Assembly: GCA_944363505.1 (NCBI GenBank)
Contig: CALVUD010000002.1
Coordinates: forward strand, 82,290-146,289
DNA from: an uncultured Clostridia bacterium
GTDB taxonomy: Bacteria; Bacillota; Clostridia; Christensenellales; DTU072
Length of the DNA stretch: 64,000 nucleotides
Direction of reading: 5' to 3'
Part shown: positions 9,759-23,813 of the stretch, one piece after another
Layout: the number at the start of each line of letters is the position of its first letter
Position numbering within the stretch: the first letter of the stretch is position 1
The notes under the pieces: model-generated
What the model was told of the DNA's origin: nothing
What the model saw: the letters and a program-made list of their open reading frames with translations, nothing else
The model's database searches: none
Program-made: the position numbers and the translations under genes

Positions 9759-10628
9759 TTATTCTACGTTCTGTATCTGTTCGCGTATCGTTTCCACGAC
9801 GTTTTTCAGCTCCAGCACGCGTTTGGTGATATATATATCGTTGCATTTGCTGCCGATGGTGTTGACCTCTCTGACCGCTTCCTGGGTCAGAAAATCGAGC
9901 TTCTTGCCTTTCGCGCCGTGGGCGGCTACAATTTCGCGGTAGTTTTCTATATGACTGTTCAGTCTGGTTATTTCCTCGTCGATAGCCACTCTGTCGGCGT
10001 AAACGGCTATTTCGCCAAGCAGCCTGTTTTCGTCTATCTGAACGTCCTCGAAAGCTTCCGTTACGCGCTCCCTGAGCTTTTCGCGGTGTTCCTTTACCGC
10101 TTCGGGCGCGCGGAGAGCGATTTCGTCCAACAGCGTTTTCATGGTAGCGACCTTGTCTAAAAGATCCTTTTCGAGACGTTTGCCTTCGGCAAGACGCATT
10201 TCTCCGAGCGCTTTCGCCGCAGACAGCGCCGCTTCGTATACTACACGATTCAGAAGGTCGTCGCCCTCGTCGGGTTCCATGGACTCCACCATATCGGGCA
10301 CGCGCAGAATGACCGACGCCGTAACGTCGTCGGCAAAACCGAGACTAACCAGCTTTGCGGCTATCTTTTTATAGTCCGCCGCCAGTTTTTCGTTCAGTGC
10401 GAGCCGTCCGCTGTCTCTGCCGTCCTCCACGTTCATGAACACGTCCACATGACCGCGGGAAACCTCTGAAGTAAGCGCTTCGCGTATGATCTTTTCGGCG
10501 AATTGGTAGCATCTTGGCAGTTTGAAAGCTATATCCAGAAAACGGTGATTGACGCTTTTGAATTCCACCGTTACTTTCAGACCGTCCTTTTCGGCAATCC
10601 CCTTGCCGTAACCCGTCATACTGAACAT
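9759..10628 (-). CDS. yloC: YicC/YloC family endoribonuclease
   Basis: SMTGYG, KSVNHRFLD, EEITRL, GKKLDFLTQE..RE.NTIGSK, IREQIQNVE. Confidence 0.95.
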   Translation of the reverse strand: MFSMTGYGKGIAEKDGLKVTVEFKSVNHRFLDIAFKLPRCYQFAEKIIREALTSEVSRGHVDVFMNVEDGRDSGRLALNEKLAADYKKIAAKLVSLGFADDVTASVILRVPDMVESMEPDEGDDLLNRVVYEAALSAAKALGEMRLAEGKRLEKDLLDKVATMKTLLDEIALRAPEAVKEHREKLRERVTEAFEDVQIDENRLLGEIAVYADRVAIDEEITRLNSHIENYREIVAAHGAKGKKLDFLTQEAVREVNTIGSKCNDIYITKRVLELKNVVETIREQIQNVE

Positions 10629-10630
10629 AT

Positions 10631-11590
10631 TTACTCCTCCGAATTCAACAGTTCGTCGGCTACAGGACCCAGTTCTCTTCTGCCCGCAGACGACACGATA
10701 TATTTGGATTTGTCCGACGTAACCTTTCCTATAACTTTGGCAGGAACACCGGCAGCGGTAAGTTTAGGCGCAAGCTTTTCCCCGGCAGGCACGGCGACAA
10801 TCAGCGAGCCGCTCGACAGGCACCTCAACGGATCTACTTTCGTCAGACGACAAAGCTTTCGCGTCAGTGGGTCCACCGGTATCTCGTCGGCGTATATGAC
10901 GACGCCGGCGTCCGCGCCGCATGCGGCTTCCCATACCGCGTTCTCGACGCCGCCCTCGGTAACGTCGTGCATATAGGCGGATTTTGTCAGCTTCGCGACG
11001 GCTTTACAGTCTCCGACCACGCTCAGCATATCCCTGAATGTCGATATCCTTGCGCGTTCGTTGTCGTCGAGAGAGACGTTTTCCCTTTCGGAGATCAGTA
11101 CGGCGGCTTCGATGGCGGCGCTCTTGGTCAGAATGATCTCGTCGCCCGCCAGCGGTTTTCTGGGCGTGAAACCCGATATCTCTTTTGCCAGCGCGACGGC
11201 GTTGACGACGGGTCTGGTTACCGCGGAAGAAAATTCGCTGTGTCCGCCGGCTATCTCGGCGTTCAGCTTTACGCATTCCCTTTCCGCTCCCGACATTATC
11301 CTGCCGAGGTCCTCTTTCGTCGCGCCGAGGGGTAAAATAACGGTCAGCAAAAACGCCACGGGTTCACCGCCTGCCGCCGCAACGTCGTTTGCGGCGACGT
11401 TTATCGCCAAGGCTCCTATATCGTCGCATTTACCCGTGATCGGGTCGGTGTGCACCAAAACGGCGCCGCAATCCAGCTTTGCCGCGTCCTGTCCCATCGC
11501 CGCGGAAAGTTTTACCTCCGCGCGGCGGTGTCCGATGATGTCGAAAACGTGTTCTTTAAGTTCTTTTTCGTCTGCTTTTCTTTCGCGCAC
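10631..11590 (-). CDS. AIR synthase/HypE-like (PurM superfamily) protein
   Basis: TDPITG, NDVAAAGGEP, IAGGHSE, MHDVTEGG motifs. Confidence 0.85.
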   Translation of the reverse strand: MRERKADEKELKEHVFDIIGHRRAEVKLSAAMGQDAAKLDCGAVLVHTDPITGKCDDIGALAINVAANDVAAAGGEPVAFLLTVILPLGATKEDLGRIMSGAERECVKLNAEIAGGHSEFSSAVTRPVVNAVALAKEISGFTPRKPLAGDEIILTKSAAIEAAVLISERENVSLDDNERARISTFRDMLSVVGDCKAVAKLTKSAYMHDVTEGGVENAVWEAACGADAGVVIYADEIPVDPLTRKLCRLTKVDPLRCLSSGSLIVAVPAGEKLAPKLTAAGVPAKVIGKVTSDKSKYIVSSAGRRELGPVADELLNSEE

Positions 11591-11596
11591 GCCTAA

Positions 11597-11624
11597 ATTA
11601 TATACTCCGCACGCGAATTGTAAA
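11597..11624 (-). promoter_or_regulatory. SigA-type promoter, probably giving a leaderless mRNA
   Basis: TTTACA, 16 nt, TATAAT, then 6 nt and the GTG start at 11590. Confidence 0.55.
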
Positions 11625-11638
11625 GCGATTTTTAAATT

Positions 11639-15815
<4,177 letters not shown>

Positions 15816-15819
<4 letters not shown>

Positions 15820-16820
15820 TTATTCAAAACCGTTCCTTCGCAGTACCAGTCGTATCCAAGATACTTTTTCATTTCTTCTATCGCGTAAGTGTCCGTCATC
15901 GAAGCCATATAATCTACGACGGCGCGCGTAAGGTCGTTTGCAAGTTCGAGATAAAGCCTCGGAATGTTCTCCGGCGCGGACATATAAAAATCGAACAGCC
16001 GGCTGAGCCATTCCTTTGCTCTGGCCTCCTCGCGTATGGCGTCTTCGGCAAGATACACGTTTTCGAACATGAACTTCCTGAGCACGGCGGTGGCTTCGGA
16101 AAAAGTCGCGGACTGCATCACCTTGGGCTTGTTTAAAGAGTTTTCGACGACGTCTTTTACCATGTTGTTTATTCGGTCGCGCTTGCCGACGCCGAGCACT
16201 TTTACCGCGGCAGCGGGAAGACCGTCCTCGGACAACAGTCCCGCCCTGACGGCGTCGTCGATGTCGTGATTGAGGTACGCCACCCTGTCGGCTATCTGAA
16301 TGATCCTGCCTTCGAGGGTAGCGGGAGTTCCCGAACCGCGGTGCTCGCGTATTCCGTCCACCACCTCGCGGGTAAGGTTTAAACCCTGTCCGTCGTTTTC
16401 CAGCACGGTAACCACCCTGACGCTCTGTTCGTTATGCTCGAATCCTCCGCCCAAAGTGCTTAGAACCCTTTCGCCTATGTGCCCGAAGGGCGTATGTCCG
16501 AGATCGTGTCCCCAGGCGATCGCTTCGGTCAGATCCTCGTTGAGTTTCAGACACCTCGCTATAGTCCTCGCTATCTGCATGACCTCGATCGTATGGGTCA
16601 TTCGCGTGCGGTAGTGATCGCCCTGCGGCGCCACGAAGACCTGGGTCTTGTGCTTCAAGCGTCTGAACGCCTTGCTGTGAATTATCCTGTCGCGGTCGCG
16701 CTGAAATTCCGTGCGCATGGGACAAGACGTTTCGTACCTTTCCCTGCCCGCGCTAAGGTCGGATCTCACCGCATACGGGCTGAGATACTCTTTTTCGGCT
16801 GCCAGAAATTCTTCTTTCAT
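15816..16820 (-). CDS. Deoxyguanosinetriphosphate triphosphohydrolase-like HD protein
   Basis: FQRDRDRIIHSKAFRRLKHKTQVF, HDLGHTPFGH, FEHNEQS, HDIDD. Confidence 0.92.
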
Positions 16821-16838
16821 ATAACTCCCGATATTTGT

Positions 16839-16871
16839 AAAATTTTAACATATTCGCGCGCGTAAAGTCAA
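16839..16871 (-). promoter_or_regulatory. SigA-type promoter for the dGTPase-pcrA-ligA unit
   Basis: TTGACT ... TAAAAT on the minus strand; SD GGGAG before ATG 16820. Confidence 0.55.
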
Positions 16872-17196
16872 CGAACGGAATTCAAATCTGCGGCGAGTCT
16901 GTCCGTCTGAAGATTATGATTCTTCGAAAAATAATATTTTTGTATCTTCAGATACAGTATCAACCAAATTCAAACACTTTATTAAAACGAGCGAAACTGT
17001 TTAGAATATTTGACCAAAGCATATTTTCGGAAATACCGGCCTGTCGGCTTAGACGTCGGGCAAAAGGCATTACCGCAGATAACGCATGTTGACTATTACG
17101 GTTACGTCATATATAATATAAGTAGCATTAAAATAATTATTTTAGTTTCCTATGCACTTTTGCGCTTTCGGAAACTATAAATATCAGGAGAGAGAG

Positions 17197-18873
17197 ATGA
17201 AAACGATCATAAGAACCTTATTTTTTGCAGTTATGTTTTTATCGGCACTTTTGATTATCGCTATTACGGGCATAACGCTTTTATCGAATCCGCGTTCAAG
17301 CGACATTGCGCCCGCAAAAGCCGAAACGGGAGATATAGCCATCGACGAAATTAACTTTCCCGACAATAAATTCCGTCAATATGTTTCCGAAAAAGACACG
17401 GACTCGAACGGATATTTATCCGCGGACGAAATTTCCGCCGTAACCGAGATCTGGGTGTCGGATGAAGGCATCAACGGACTGAAAGGGATAGAATATTTTA
17501 CGTCGCTTAATGTCCTGTATCTAAACGACAACAGCCTCAGTGGAAATCTGGATCTTTCCCAAAATACGGCGCTTAAAACGGTCAGCTGCAGCGGCAATCA
17601 ATATTTGACATCGATCACGATAAACAGCGCCGCGCTCGAAAAACTGTATGTAGATCATACCGGTATAACTCAACTCGATTTGTCGAAGTTCCCCGCGCTG
17701 AATTACTTGAACTGCGAATATAGCGGTTTGTCCGAACTGGACCTTAGGAATAACGCCGCGCTGAAGTATCTGCACTGCAACAATAACGATCTGACCGAAA
17801 TAGATCTGACCGAAAACGTAAATATTACCACCGTCGACTGTTCCGACAATCATTTGACAGAACTCGATCTTAAGGGTAACGCGTCGCTTAGGAATCTGTA
17901 CTGCTCGAACAACTCCATCAAGTCGTTGGATCTGACGGGTTGCGTAGCGCTGTACGGTCTCGACTGTTACGACAACCATATGGAAGAATTGATACTTGCG
18001 GGTTGCGCCGATCTTAACGGTCTTAATTGTCAGAATAACAAGATCAAAGAGCTGGATCTTTCGGATTGCACGGCTTTGAAAACGCTGCACTGCGCTAAAA
18101 ACAAGCTTCTCGCCCTCGACGTATCCGATTGCAACATTTCCCGTTTGGACTGCGACCCGCAGCAAGCGGAACTCGCTTCCTCAAAAAACGGCGACGTATG
18201 GGAACTCGATCTTTCGGAACGGATCGGGCCGTGGGAAAAAGTCAGTGACGTCGCCGTTACCTCAGGAACTTTGGGAGCCGACGGAAAAACGGTAACTTTC
18301 GAAGGAGAATCCGCCGAGGTCGAATACCGGTACGCTACGGGATTCGGTCAGAGAAAAATGCAGGTTACGCTTACCTTGACGCACGGCTTCAGAATCACCG
18401 TCGACGGAGGGATCATCGAAAATTCGGGCGGCACTTCGCTCTCGGTTGAGGAAAACGGAACGGTTACGGTTACAGCAGCGACTCCCGAAGGAAAAGTATT
18501 CGAAGGCTGGAGCCTGGACGGCGGAGAAACGATAATCAGTCGGGAACCCGCATATACTTTTACCGCAGTTTCCGACACGGCAATAAAAGCAATTTATTCC
18601 GATATATCCGCGCCTCCCGAAAATCCCGAAGAGACTGATCCGGATACCGGGGAGAAGCCTTCGGATCCCGGCGTAACCGTTCCCGACTCCGACGCCGAGA
18701 TTGTTCCGCTTCCGTCGGAACCCGACGGACTCAGCGACAAAGCAATAGCCGGGATCGCCGTAGGAGCGGTCGCCGGAGCCGTGATTATCGTATACGCCGT
18801 ATGCGCGATATTGTTCAAGAAAGGCATAATCAAAGGCGCGTTCTTCTCGAAGATATATCCTTTCATAAAATAA
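17197..18873 (+). CDS. Membrane-anchored leucine-rich-repeat surface protein (internalin-like 21-aa LRRs)
   Basis: Signal peptide, NFPD...DTDSNGYL cap, repeated LxxLxCxxNxLxxLDL, InlB B-repeat-like domain (PEGKVFEGW), Pro/acidic linker, C-terminal TM. Start moved to ATG 17197 by SD GGAG; TTGACT-17-TATAAT promoter near 17089-17117. Confidence 0.85.
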   Translation: MKTIIRTLFFAVMFLSALLIIAITGITLLSNPRSSDIAPAKAETGDIAIDEINFPDNKFRQYVSEKDTDSNGYLSADEISAVTEIWVSDEGINGLKGIEYFTSLNVLYLNDNSLSGNLDLSQNTALKTVSCSGNQYLTSITINSAALEKLYVDHTGITQLDLSKFPALNYLNCEYSGLSELDLRNNAALKYLHCNNNDLTEIDLTENVNITTVDCSDNHLTELDLKGNASLRNLYCSNNSIKSLDLTGCVALYGLDCYDNHMEELILAGCADLNGLNCQNNKIKELDLSDCTALKTLHCAKNKLLALDVSDCNISRLDCDPQQAELASSKNGDVWELDLSERIGPWEKVSDVAVTSGTLGADGKTVTFEGESAEVEYRYATGFGQRKMQVTLTLTHGFRITVDGGIIENSGGTSLSVEENGTVTVTAATPEGKVFEGWSLDGGETIISREPAYTFTAVSDTAIKAIYSDISAPPENPEETDPDTGEKPSDPGVTVPDSDAEIVPLPSEPDGLSDKAIAGIAVGAVAGAVIIVYAVCAILFKKGIIKGAFFSKIYPFIK

Positions 18874-18920
18874 TTATTTGTCGCGATACGGTTTATCGAC
18901 GGCAAACTTAATCATTTTTA

Positions 18921-18948
18921 GAAAAGCCGCTGTTATCAGCGGCTTTTC
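18921..18948. terminator. Bidirectional intrinsic terminator
   Basis: GAAAAGCCGCTG-ttat-CAGCGGCTTTTC perfect hairpin between convergent genes. Confidence 0.8.
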
Positions 18949-19079
18949 ATGTTTATGAAAAATAGCAAATCGTATTTTATCGGCTGAGTAAAAAAGTATT
19001 CCTTCTGTTCATATCCTGTTTATTCGCTTTAAATTTATTAAAAACAATTATATTGACAAGTTTTAGGCGCATATCAATT

Positions 19080-19844
19080 TCAAGCCGTATAGGTTACGGC
19101 GCCGCCGGATACCTTAAGGGTAAAAGTCAAAACCTCGGGACGGGTTCTGTCTGCCTCATCGTAGACTTCCGCGGAAAGTTTTTTCGGAGCGGGATCGGTA
19201 ACTTCCAAAATATCCCCCTCCCGCTGAACCTCGTAGCCGTTGAACGTATAAAATTCCTCGAAGTCTTCGATCGCATATTCGGTGGTATACCCCATGCCGT
19301 TTTTTATCGTGTAGCAACTAAGCCTCGTTTCGTCATCGGGCGTCAATACATGCTTTATAAGGTGCGCGGGAATCATTACGAAACAATCGCTGTCCGTTAT
19401 CCAGCCGCCCATATTCCTGACCGTATAGGTATATACGAAATATGTTTCTGTTTCGTCGGGATTGCTTTCGGAAGGTCTTCTTTGTTCGATGGAGCAATCG
19501 TACTCGATCAGCGTCGAAACGCCGTGTTCCGTGTCTTTCACCAACAGAAATTCGCCGAAACTCTCGCAAACGTTATTTTCGTCGGCAGCGGTCAACGCTT
19601 CGGATATTTCGGAAAGATTTTGACAATACGAATTGAAATAGGAAAGATTTCTTTCACCGTTAAACGTAGTCAAAATGTTTCTTTGAACGGATTTGATATG
19701 CAAGTCGATCCTTTCCCCGTGCAGAGAAGTAACGTAAGCATATTCTGGCTCGTTATATATCTTTTCGGGTCCGCAAGCCGCCATACATACCATCGATATA
19801 AGGCATAGAAAACTTAATAAAACAATAATAAAAGTTTTTTTCAT
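19080..19844 (-). CDS. Hypothetical lipoprotein
   Basis: MKK, hydrophobic stretch, MAAC lipobox; no recognised domain. Confidence 0.7.
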   Translation of the reverse strand: MKKTFIIVLLSFLCLISMVCMAACGPEKIYNEPEYAYVTSLHGERIDLHIKSVQRNILTTFNGERNLSYFNSYCQNLSEISEALTAADENNVCESFGEFLLVKDTEHGVSTLIEYDCSIEQRRPSESNPDETETYFVYTYTVRNMGGWITDSDCFVMIPAHLIKHVLTPDDETRLSCYTIKNGMGYTTEYAIEDFEEFYTFNGYEVQREGDILEVTDPAPKKLSAEVYDEADRTRPEVLTFTLKVSGGAVTYTA

Positions 19845-20241
19845 ATCGAAAAGTTTCCTTATATTCTATTAATGCTTAATATTAAGTAATACATCGGTAT
19901 GATTTATTATACATACAGCCAAATATGCATGTCGTATTGGTATTAATAAGAATTTTTCCGTTTTTTTCGGATTAATTTCATAATAACATATTTATCCAAT
20001 AGTTAACCGTATTTCTATTATAGAACAGAAAAAAAAATTGTCAATTGTAATATTAAATGATCATCAATGCAAGGTAGTCCGCCATAAATTACAGCATTTT
20101 GCAAAAAACGAAATATAACTGCTTATTTTCTTAATTAATATAATTAAAATAGTGTGAAACTACCGTAATCTCATTATACGAATTTTAAACGAAATACGGA
20201 AATTCATTCGTATATATCGGGGTTTGATTTCCCTAAAATCA

Positions 20242-21000
20242 TTATTGTAAATGATTTTTTTCATAAACAATATTCAGTACTTCGCCTTTATTATAGTACT
20301 CTGTGCTATATGTCTCGCCCTCTTTGCCGCCGATATCCAGTTTTATTTTATAGGTAGACGAAATAATGTTTCTTTGTCTGACAAAAGGACTCATATAACG
20401 CTTCGCAATGTATTTTTCGCTGAAAAGGTTACAATCTTTTACCACACCGGTCGTTTTTACGAAATTTTGTTCATCGTATTCACCGTTGCCTTTTTTCTTC
20501 AAAACTTTACTTTGAGATATTTTTGCAAAGACCATAATGGAAATAATCAAAACTGCCGCACACCCCCAGACGACCAATGCCCAGTTAAAAAGATCCAATG
20601 CCGTGAGAACGATAAAACTGATCATCAGCGCTAAAACAACCAAAATAAGTACTGCGCCTTTTATTTTTTCCGACAAATTGGAACTTTTATACGCTCTTAT
20701 TATGTTTACAAACATCCTGATGGCATAGTTTTCATTATTTTCCATTCTTTTCGTCACGTTGACTCGGTTTATTAACATGATTTCCGTAGTCGCGGCATCG
20801 GATTCCTCTTCAACAATTCTTTTTGCTGTTCTGAACAGTTTAACTAAACGAACAAACGAAAATACCAAAAATAATGTTGACAATGCAATTATGCCGGTAA
20901 TCCAAAGAAAAGAAAGTTTAAAAATAAATCCTGCTATTATTGCCGATATGCAAGCTAATAATAAAAAAAGCAGCACCATCGAAACAACTTTCCGTTTCAT
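20242..21000 (-). CDS. AT-rich hypothetical membrane protein (4 TM plus beta-rich C-terminal domain)
   Basis: Two TM hairpins, then a TTGVV...YKIKL...GEVLNIVY beta domain; codons markedly AT-rich versus flanks. Confidence 0.65.
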   Translation of the reverse strand: MKRKVVSMVLLFLLLACISAIIAGFIFKLSFLWITGIIALSTLFLVFSFVRLVKLFRTAKRIVEEESDAATTEIMLINRVNVTKRMENNENYAIRMFVNIIRAYKSSNLSEKIKGAVLILVVLALMISFIVLTALDLFNWALVVWGCAAVLIISIMVFAKISQSKVLKKKGNGEYDEQNFVKTTGVVKDCNLFSEKYIAKRYMSPFVRQRNIISSTYKIKLDIGGKEGETYSTEYYNKGEVLNIVYEKNHLQ

Positions 21001-21172
21001 TTCTCACCCATTAATTGCAATTAAAAATCGAATTAATATTATCATATTTCTTGCATAAAATCAACGGAAAGCAGCTTCAAACTTTGCCTCGGCAAATCTC
21101 TTTATATGCTTTGAACAGTGCTCACAACCATTCTTTACGGCATACTGTCTGAGTTCAATCATAAAGAAAACA

Positions 21173-22534
21173 CTATTTCCCTTGCAAATAAATCAGCGTC
21201 TCGAGGTTTGCGGTGCGGGGAAACATGTCGAACGGGATCACGGGCGGAACGACTTCGAACGCTTCCAGAAGCTTCAGATCCCTCGACAACGTTGCGGGGT
21301 TGCAGGAAAGATATATCAGTTTGAAATCGCTTTCCGCGGCGAGCGTATTCAATAGCTTCGCCATATCCGAAGATATGCCTTTTCTGGGCGGATCGATATA
21401 AACCGTTACGTCGCGCCCCGAAAATTCGGGGATCAGTCGCGGCAAAACGTCTGCCGCGTCGCCCGCGATGTTTTTTACTTTGTCCGACACGCCGTTTGCC
21501 GCATAAAGTTTGTCGGCGTCCCTGACGGCTTCGGGCACTATTTCGACGTTTATCACCCTGCCGCCCGCTTTGGCTATCGGGATCCCGGTAAGTCCTATCC
21601 CCGCGTACAGATCCACGAAAAGCGTGTTTTCGCACGGGGAAACCATTCCGATCAAACGCTCGTAAACGCGCTTTCTGATATGATCGTTTACCTGAAAGAA
21701 AGAATACGGACCGACTTCGACGAGGACGCCGTCCACGATAATATCCGAGGCGCGTTTTAATACATATCGGTAACCGTCGCCCATGATCTTGCCTCCCGAA
21801 GAAGAGTTTTCCGAGATCCCGAGCGAATATCTTTCGCCGAAAATTTTGTCTAAAGCCGCGACCAATCCGTCGGTATCGGGAATAGAAAAACTCGTAGCGA
21901 CGATCGTTACCGAAGCGAATCCGTCGAGAACCCTGACTACCAAATGCCTTAGCAATCCGGAACGCGTATCTGACGAATAAGCCGAAAGCTTGTTTCGGTT
22001 CGCCCAATCCGTTACGGCGGAGATAAGCGGACGCATCCATACTCCGTGAAGCGGGCAATCCGCCAATGCCTTGACCGTTCTGGTACGCTCGCGGTAGAAC
22101 CCGAGAACGATTTTTCCGTCCTTTTCCCCGAATACGAGCTGGGCTTTGTTGCGGTAACCTAACGGATTATCGGAGGGAACGACGTCCGATATGTCCGTAT
22201 CGAGTCCCGCGTTCTTTTTTAAAATCGAAGCGAGATTTTGTCGCTTGAATTTCAGTTCCGCCGCGTAATCGGCATGCATGTAATCGCAGCCGCCGCACAC
22301 CCCGAACGCAGGGCACGCGGGTTTTATTCTGTCGGGAGAAGCCGACAGTATCTTTATCGGTCGCGCAAACGCTATACGTTTACGGTGATTGACCGTAACC
22401 GCCTGCGCCCTGACCGTTTCCCCCGGCAGAGCAAACGGCACGAAAACGGTATATTCTTCGGCGTGGGCGATACCTTCGCCTTCCATGCCTACGTCGTCTA
22501 TTTTAAGTTCGAGATATGCGTAAGGCTGGATCAA
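21173..22534 (-). CDS. rlmD: 23S rRNA m5U1939 methyltransferase
   Basis: TRAM domain, CPAFGVCGGC, SFFQVN, DLYAGIG, DPPRKG, YLSCNPATL, DMFP. TTG start at 22534 chosen by SD GGAGG and overlap with the upstream stop. Confidence 0.95.
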   Translation of the reverse strand: MIQPYAYLELKIDDVGMEGEGIAHAEEYTVFVPFALPGETVRAQAVTVNHRKRIAFARPIKILSASPDRIKPACPAFGVCGGCDYMHADYAAELKFKRQNLASILKKNAGLDTDISDVVPSDNPLGYRNKAQLVFGEKDGKIVLGFYRERTRTVKALADCPLHGVWMRPLISAVTDWANRNKLSAYSSDTRSGLLRHLVVRVLDGFASVTIVATSFSIPDTDGLVAALDKIFGERYSLGISENSSSGGKIMGDGYRYVLKRASDIIVDGVLVEVGPYSFFQVNDHIRKRVYERLIGMVSPCENTLFVDLYAGIGLTGIPIAKAGGRVINVEIVPEAVRDADKLYAANGVSDKVKNIAGDAADVLPRLIPEFSGRDVTVYIDPPRKGISSDMAKLLNTLAAESDFKLIYLSCNPATLSRDLKLLEAFEVVPPVIPFDMFPRTANLETLIYLQGK

Positions 22535-23781
22535 CCGTCCACCTCCCAACCCCTGTCTTTAAGATCGTTCGCAACGGCGTCGTAATCGATTTTTATATCG
22601 TCGTATTCGACGTTTTCCGCGGCAAGGAAGCGCGAAACGCGATATTCGCCGTCGTAGCCTATGTCAATTACAGTACCGCCGCGCTCGTCGCCGTAGGTAT
22701 GGATATCGCTCATATCGATTTGTTTTTTTACGTCGTCCGCGTCCATTCTGTAGTAATGCGCGACGCCCGAGTGCTGAACGAATACGAGGTCGACTCCCTT
22801 ATATCTGACCATAAAATCGTTGTCGTGATAATGTCCCGCGAACACGGCAGAAGTTGAACCGAGTTCCAGGATCTTATCGAACATTACGCATTGTTCGAAG
22901 CCTTTCGATGCGGGATTTCCCTCCAGATAATGTCCGTAAACGATCTCGGCGTCGCCGCCCTCTGCGGCAATGTTGTACGACTCGAAAAATTCGGGAAGCG
23001 GCACGTGTGTGAACAACATGCTTTTGACAGCGATTTCCGCGTTTTCGCCGTATTCCGCGGCGTTTAAGGTGCGGATATGTCGTTCGTACCACTCCACCTG
23101 CTCGGTGCTTTTATATCTAAGATACTCGTCGCCGTTGTTGACGCAGTCCATCATGAACAGGGAATATATCAAAGACGAATCGTAGCCGCGCACGTTGATA
23201 ACGTAGTTGCCCGTTCCGCCGCCGTCCGCGGCGTCGCCCGCTTCCGTAAGGCAATGTTCGTATACCGACAGTTCCTCTATCACATAGCTTTTCGGACTTT
23301 GGAACAACCCCGTGCTCTCCGCTTTCGCGCCGTCGGTTACGGTCCATTCCGCGTCGTGATTCCCGAACGTAAACGCCCAATACGTTTCGAGTTCCTCGAA
23401 AAGCTCCGCATAGCGCCTGAAATATGCCATATTGTTTACGAACTGGCTCATCACGAGGTCGCCCGTGATTATAACGAGATCGGGATCGGCGCTTTCTACC
23501 AGTCTTTTAACGAGCGTAAAAGTATTTTCGTTGGAACCGCCGTAATCGGTTTCGTAATTGTTTAAAGGATATTTGACCTGAGTATCCGTAAGCGCGAGTA
23601 TTTCGAAGTTTTCGCCATCGGGCACATAAAACGTAGTGTATCCGTCTTCGGAATCGGCGGCTTTCACCACGCTCACGACCTCGGGTTCGTCCGATTTCAG
23701 ACCGTTTACCGCCAAAACAGCCACAGTCGCTGCAAAAATCGCCAGCGTCAGCACCGCTAAGGTGATCCTGAACCGTTTCAT
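22531..23781 (-). CDS. Secreted calcineurin-like metallophosphoesterase (DCR2-like)
   Basis: Signal/TM, DTQ, TGD, GNHD, HVPLPE, GHYHDND motifs; SD AGGAGG before ATG 23781. Confidence 0.85.
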   Translation of the reverse strand: MKRFRITLAVLTLAIFAATVAVLAVNGLKSDEPEVVSVVKAADSEDGYTTFYVPDGENFEILALTDTQVKYPLNNYETDYGGSNENTFTLVKRLVESADPDLVIITGDLVMSQFVNNMAYFRRYAELFEELETYWAFTFGNHDAEWTVTDGAKAESTGLFQSPKSYVIEELSVYEHCLTEAGDAADGGGTGNYVINVRGYDSSLIYSLFMMDCVNNGDEYLRYKSTEQVEWYERHIRTLNAAEYGENAEIAVKSMLFTHVPLPEFFESYNIAAEGGDAEIVYGHYLEGNPASKGFEQCVMFDKILELGSTSAVFAGHYHDNDFMVRYKGVDLVFVQHSGVAHYYRMDADDVKKQIDMSDIHTYGDERGGTVIDIGYDGEYRVSRFLAAENVEYDDIKIDYDAVANDLKDRGWEVDG

Positions 23782-23813
23782 ATGCCCTCCTTTTATAGTC
23801 AAGCGGCAGTCGT

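Noticed and set aside
16980-17085. Possible c-di-GMP riboswitch upstream of the LRR gene
   Set aside because: Conserved GEMM motifs are not matched and the apparent promoter lies downstream of it.
17500-18160. Periodic sequence resembling a repeat array or CRISPR
   Set aside because: 63-nt degenerate coding periodicity of LRRs, not identical repeats with spacers; no cas genes.
19053-19808. 251-aa plus-strand ORF
   Set aside because: Antisense to the lipoprotein, which has a signal peptide and promoter.
21061-21162. 33-aa minus-strand ORF MIELRQYAVKNGCEHCSKH... with CxxC after rlmD
   Set aside because: No SD, no recognisable family; may be a gene remnant or chance.
21159-22058. 299-aa same-strand alternate-frame ORF in rlmD
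   Set aside because: Arg-rich off-frame read; rlmD is intact.
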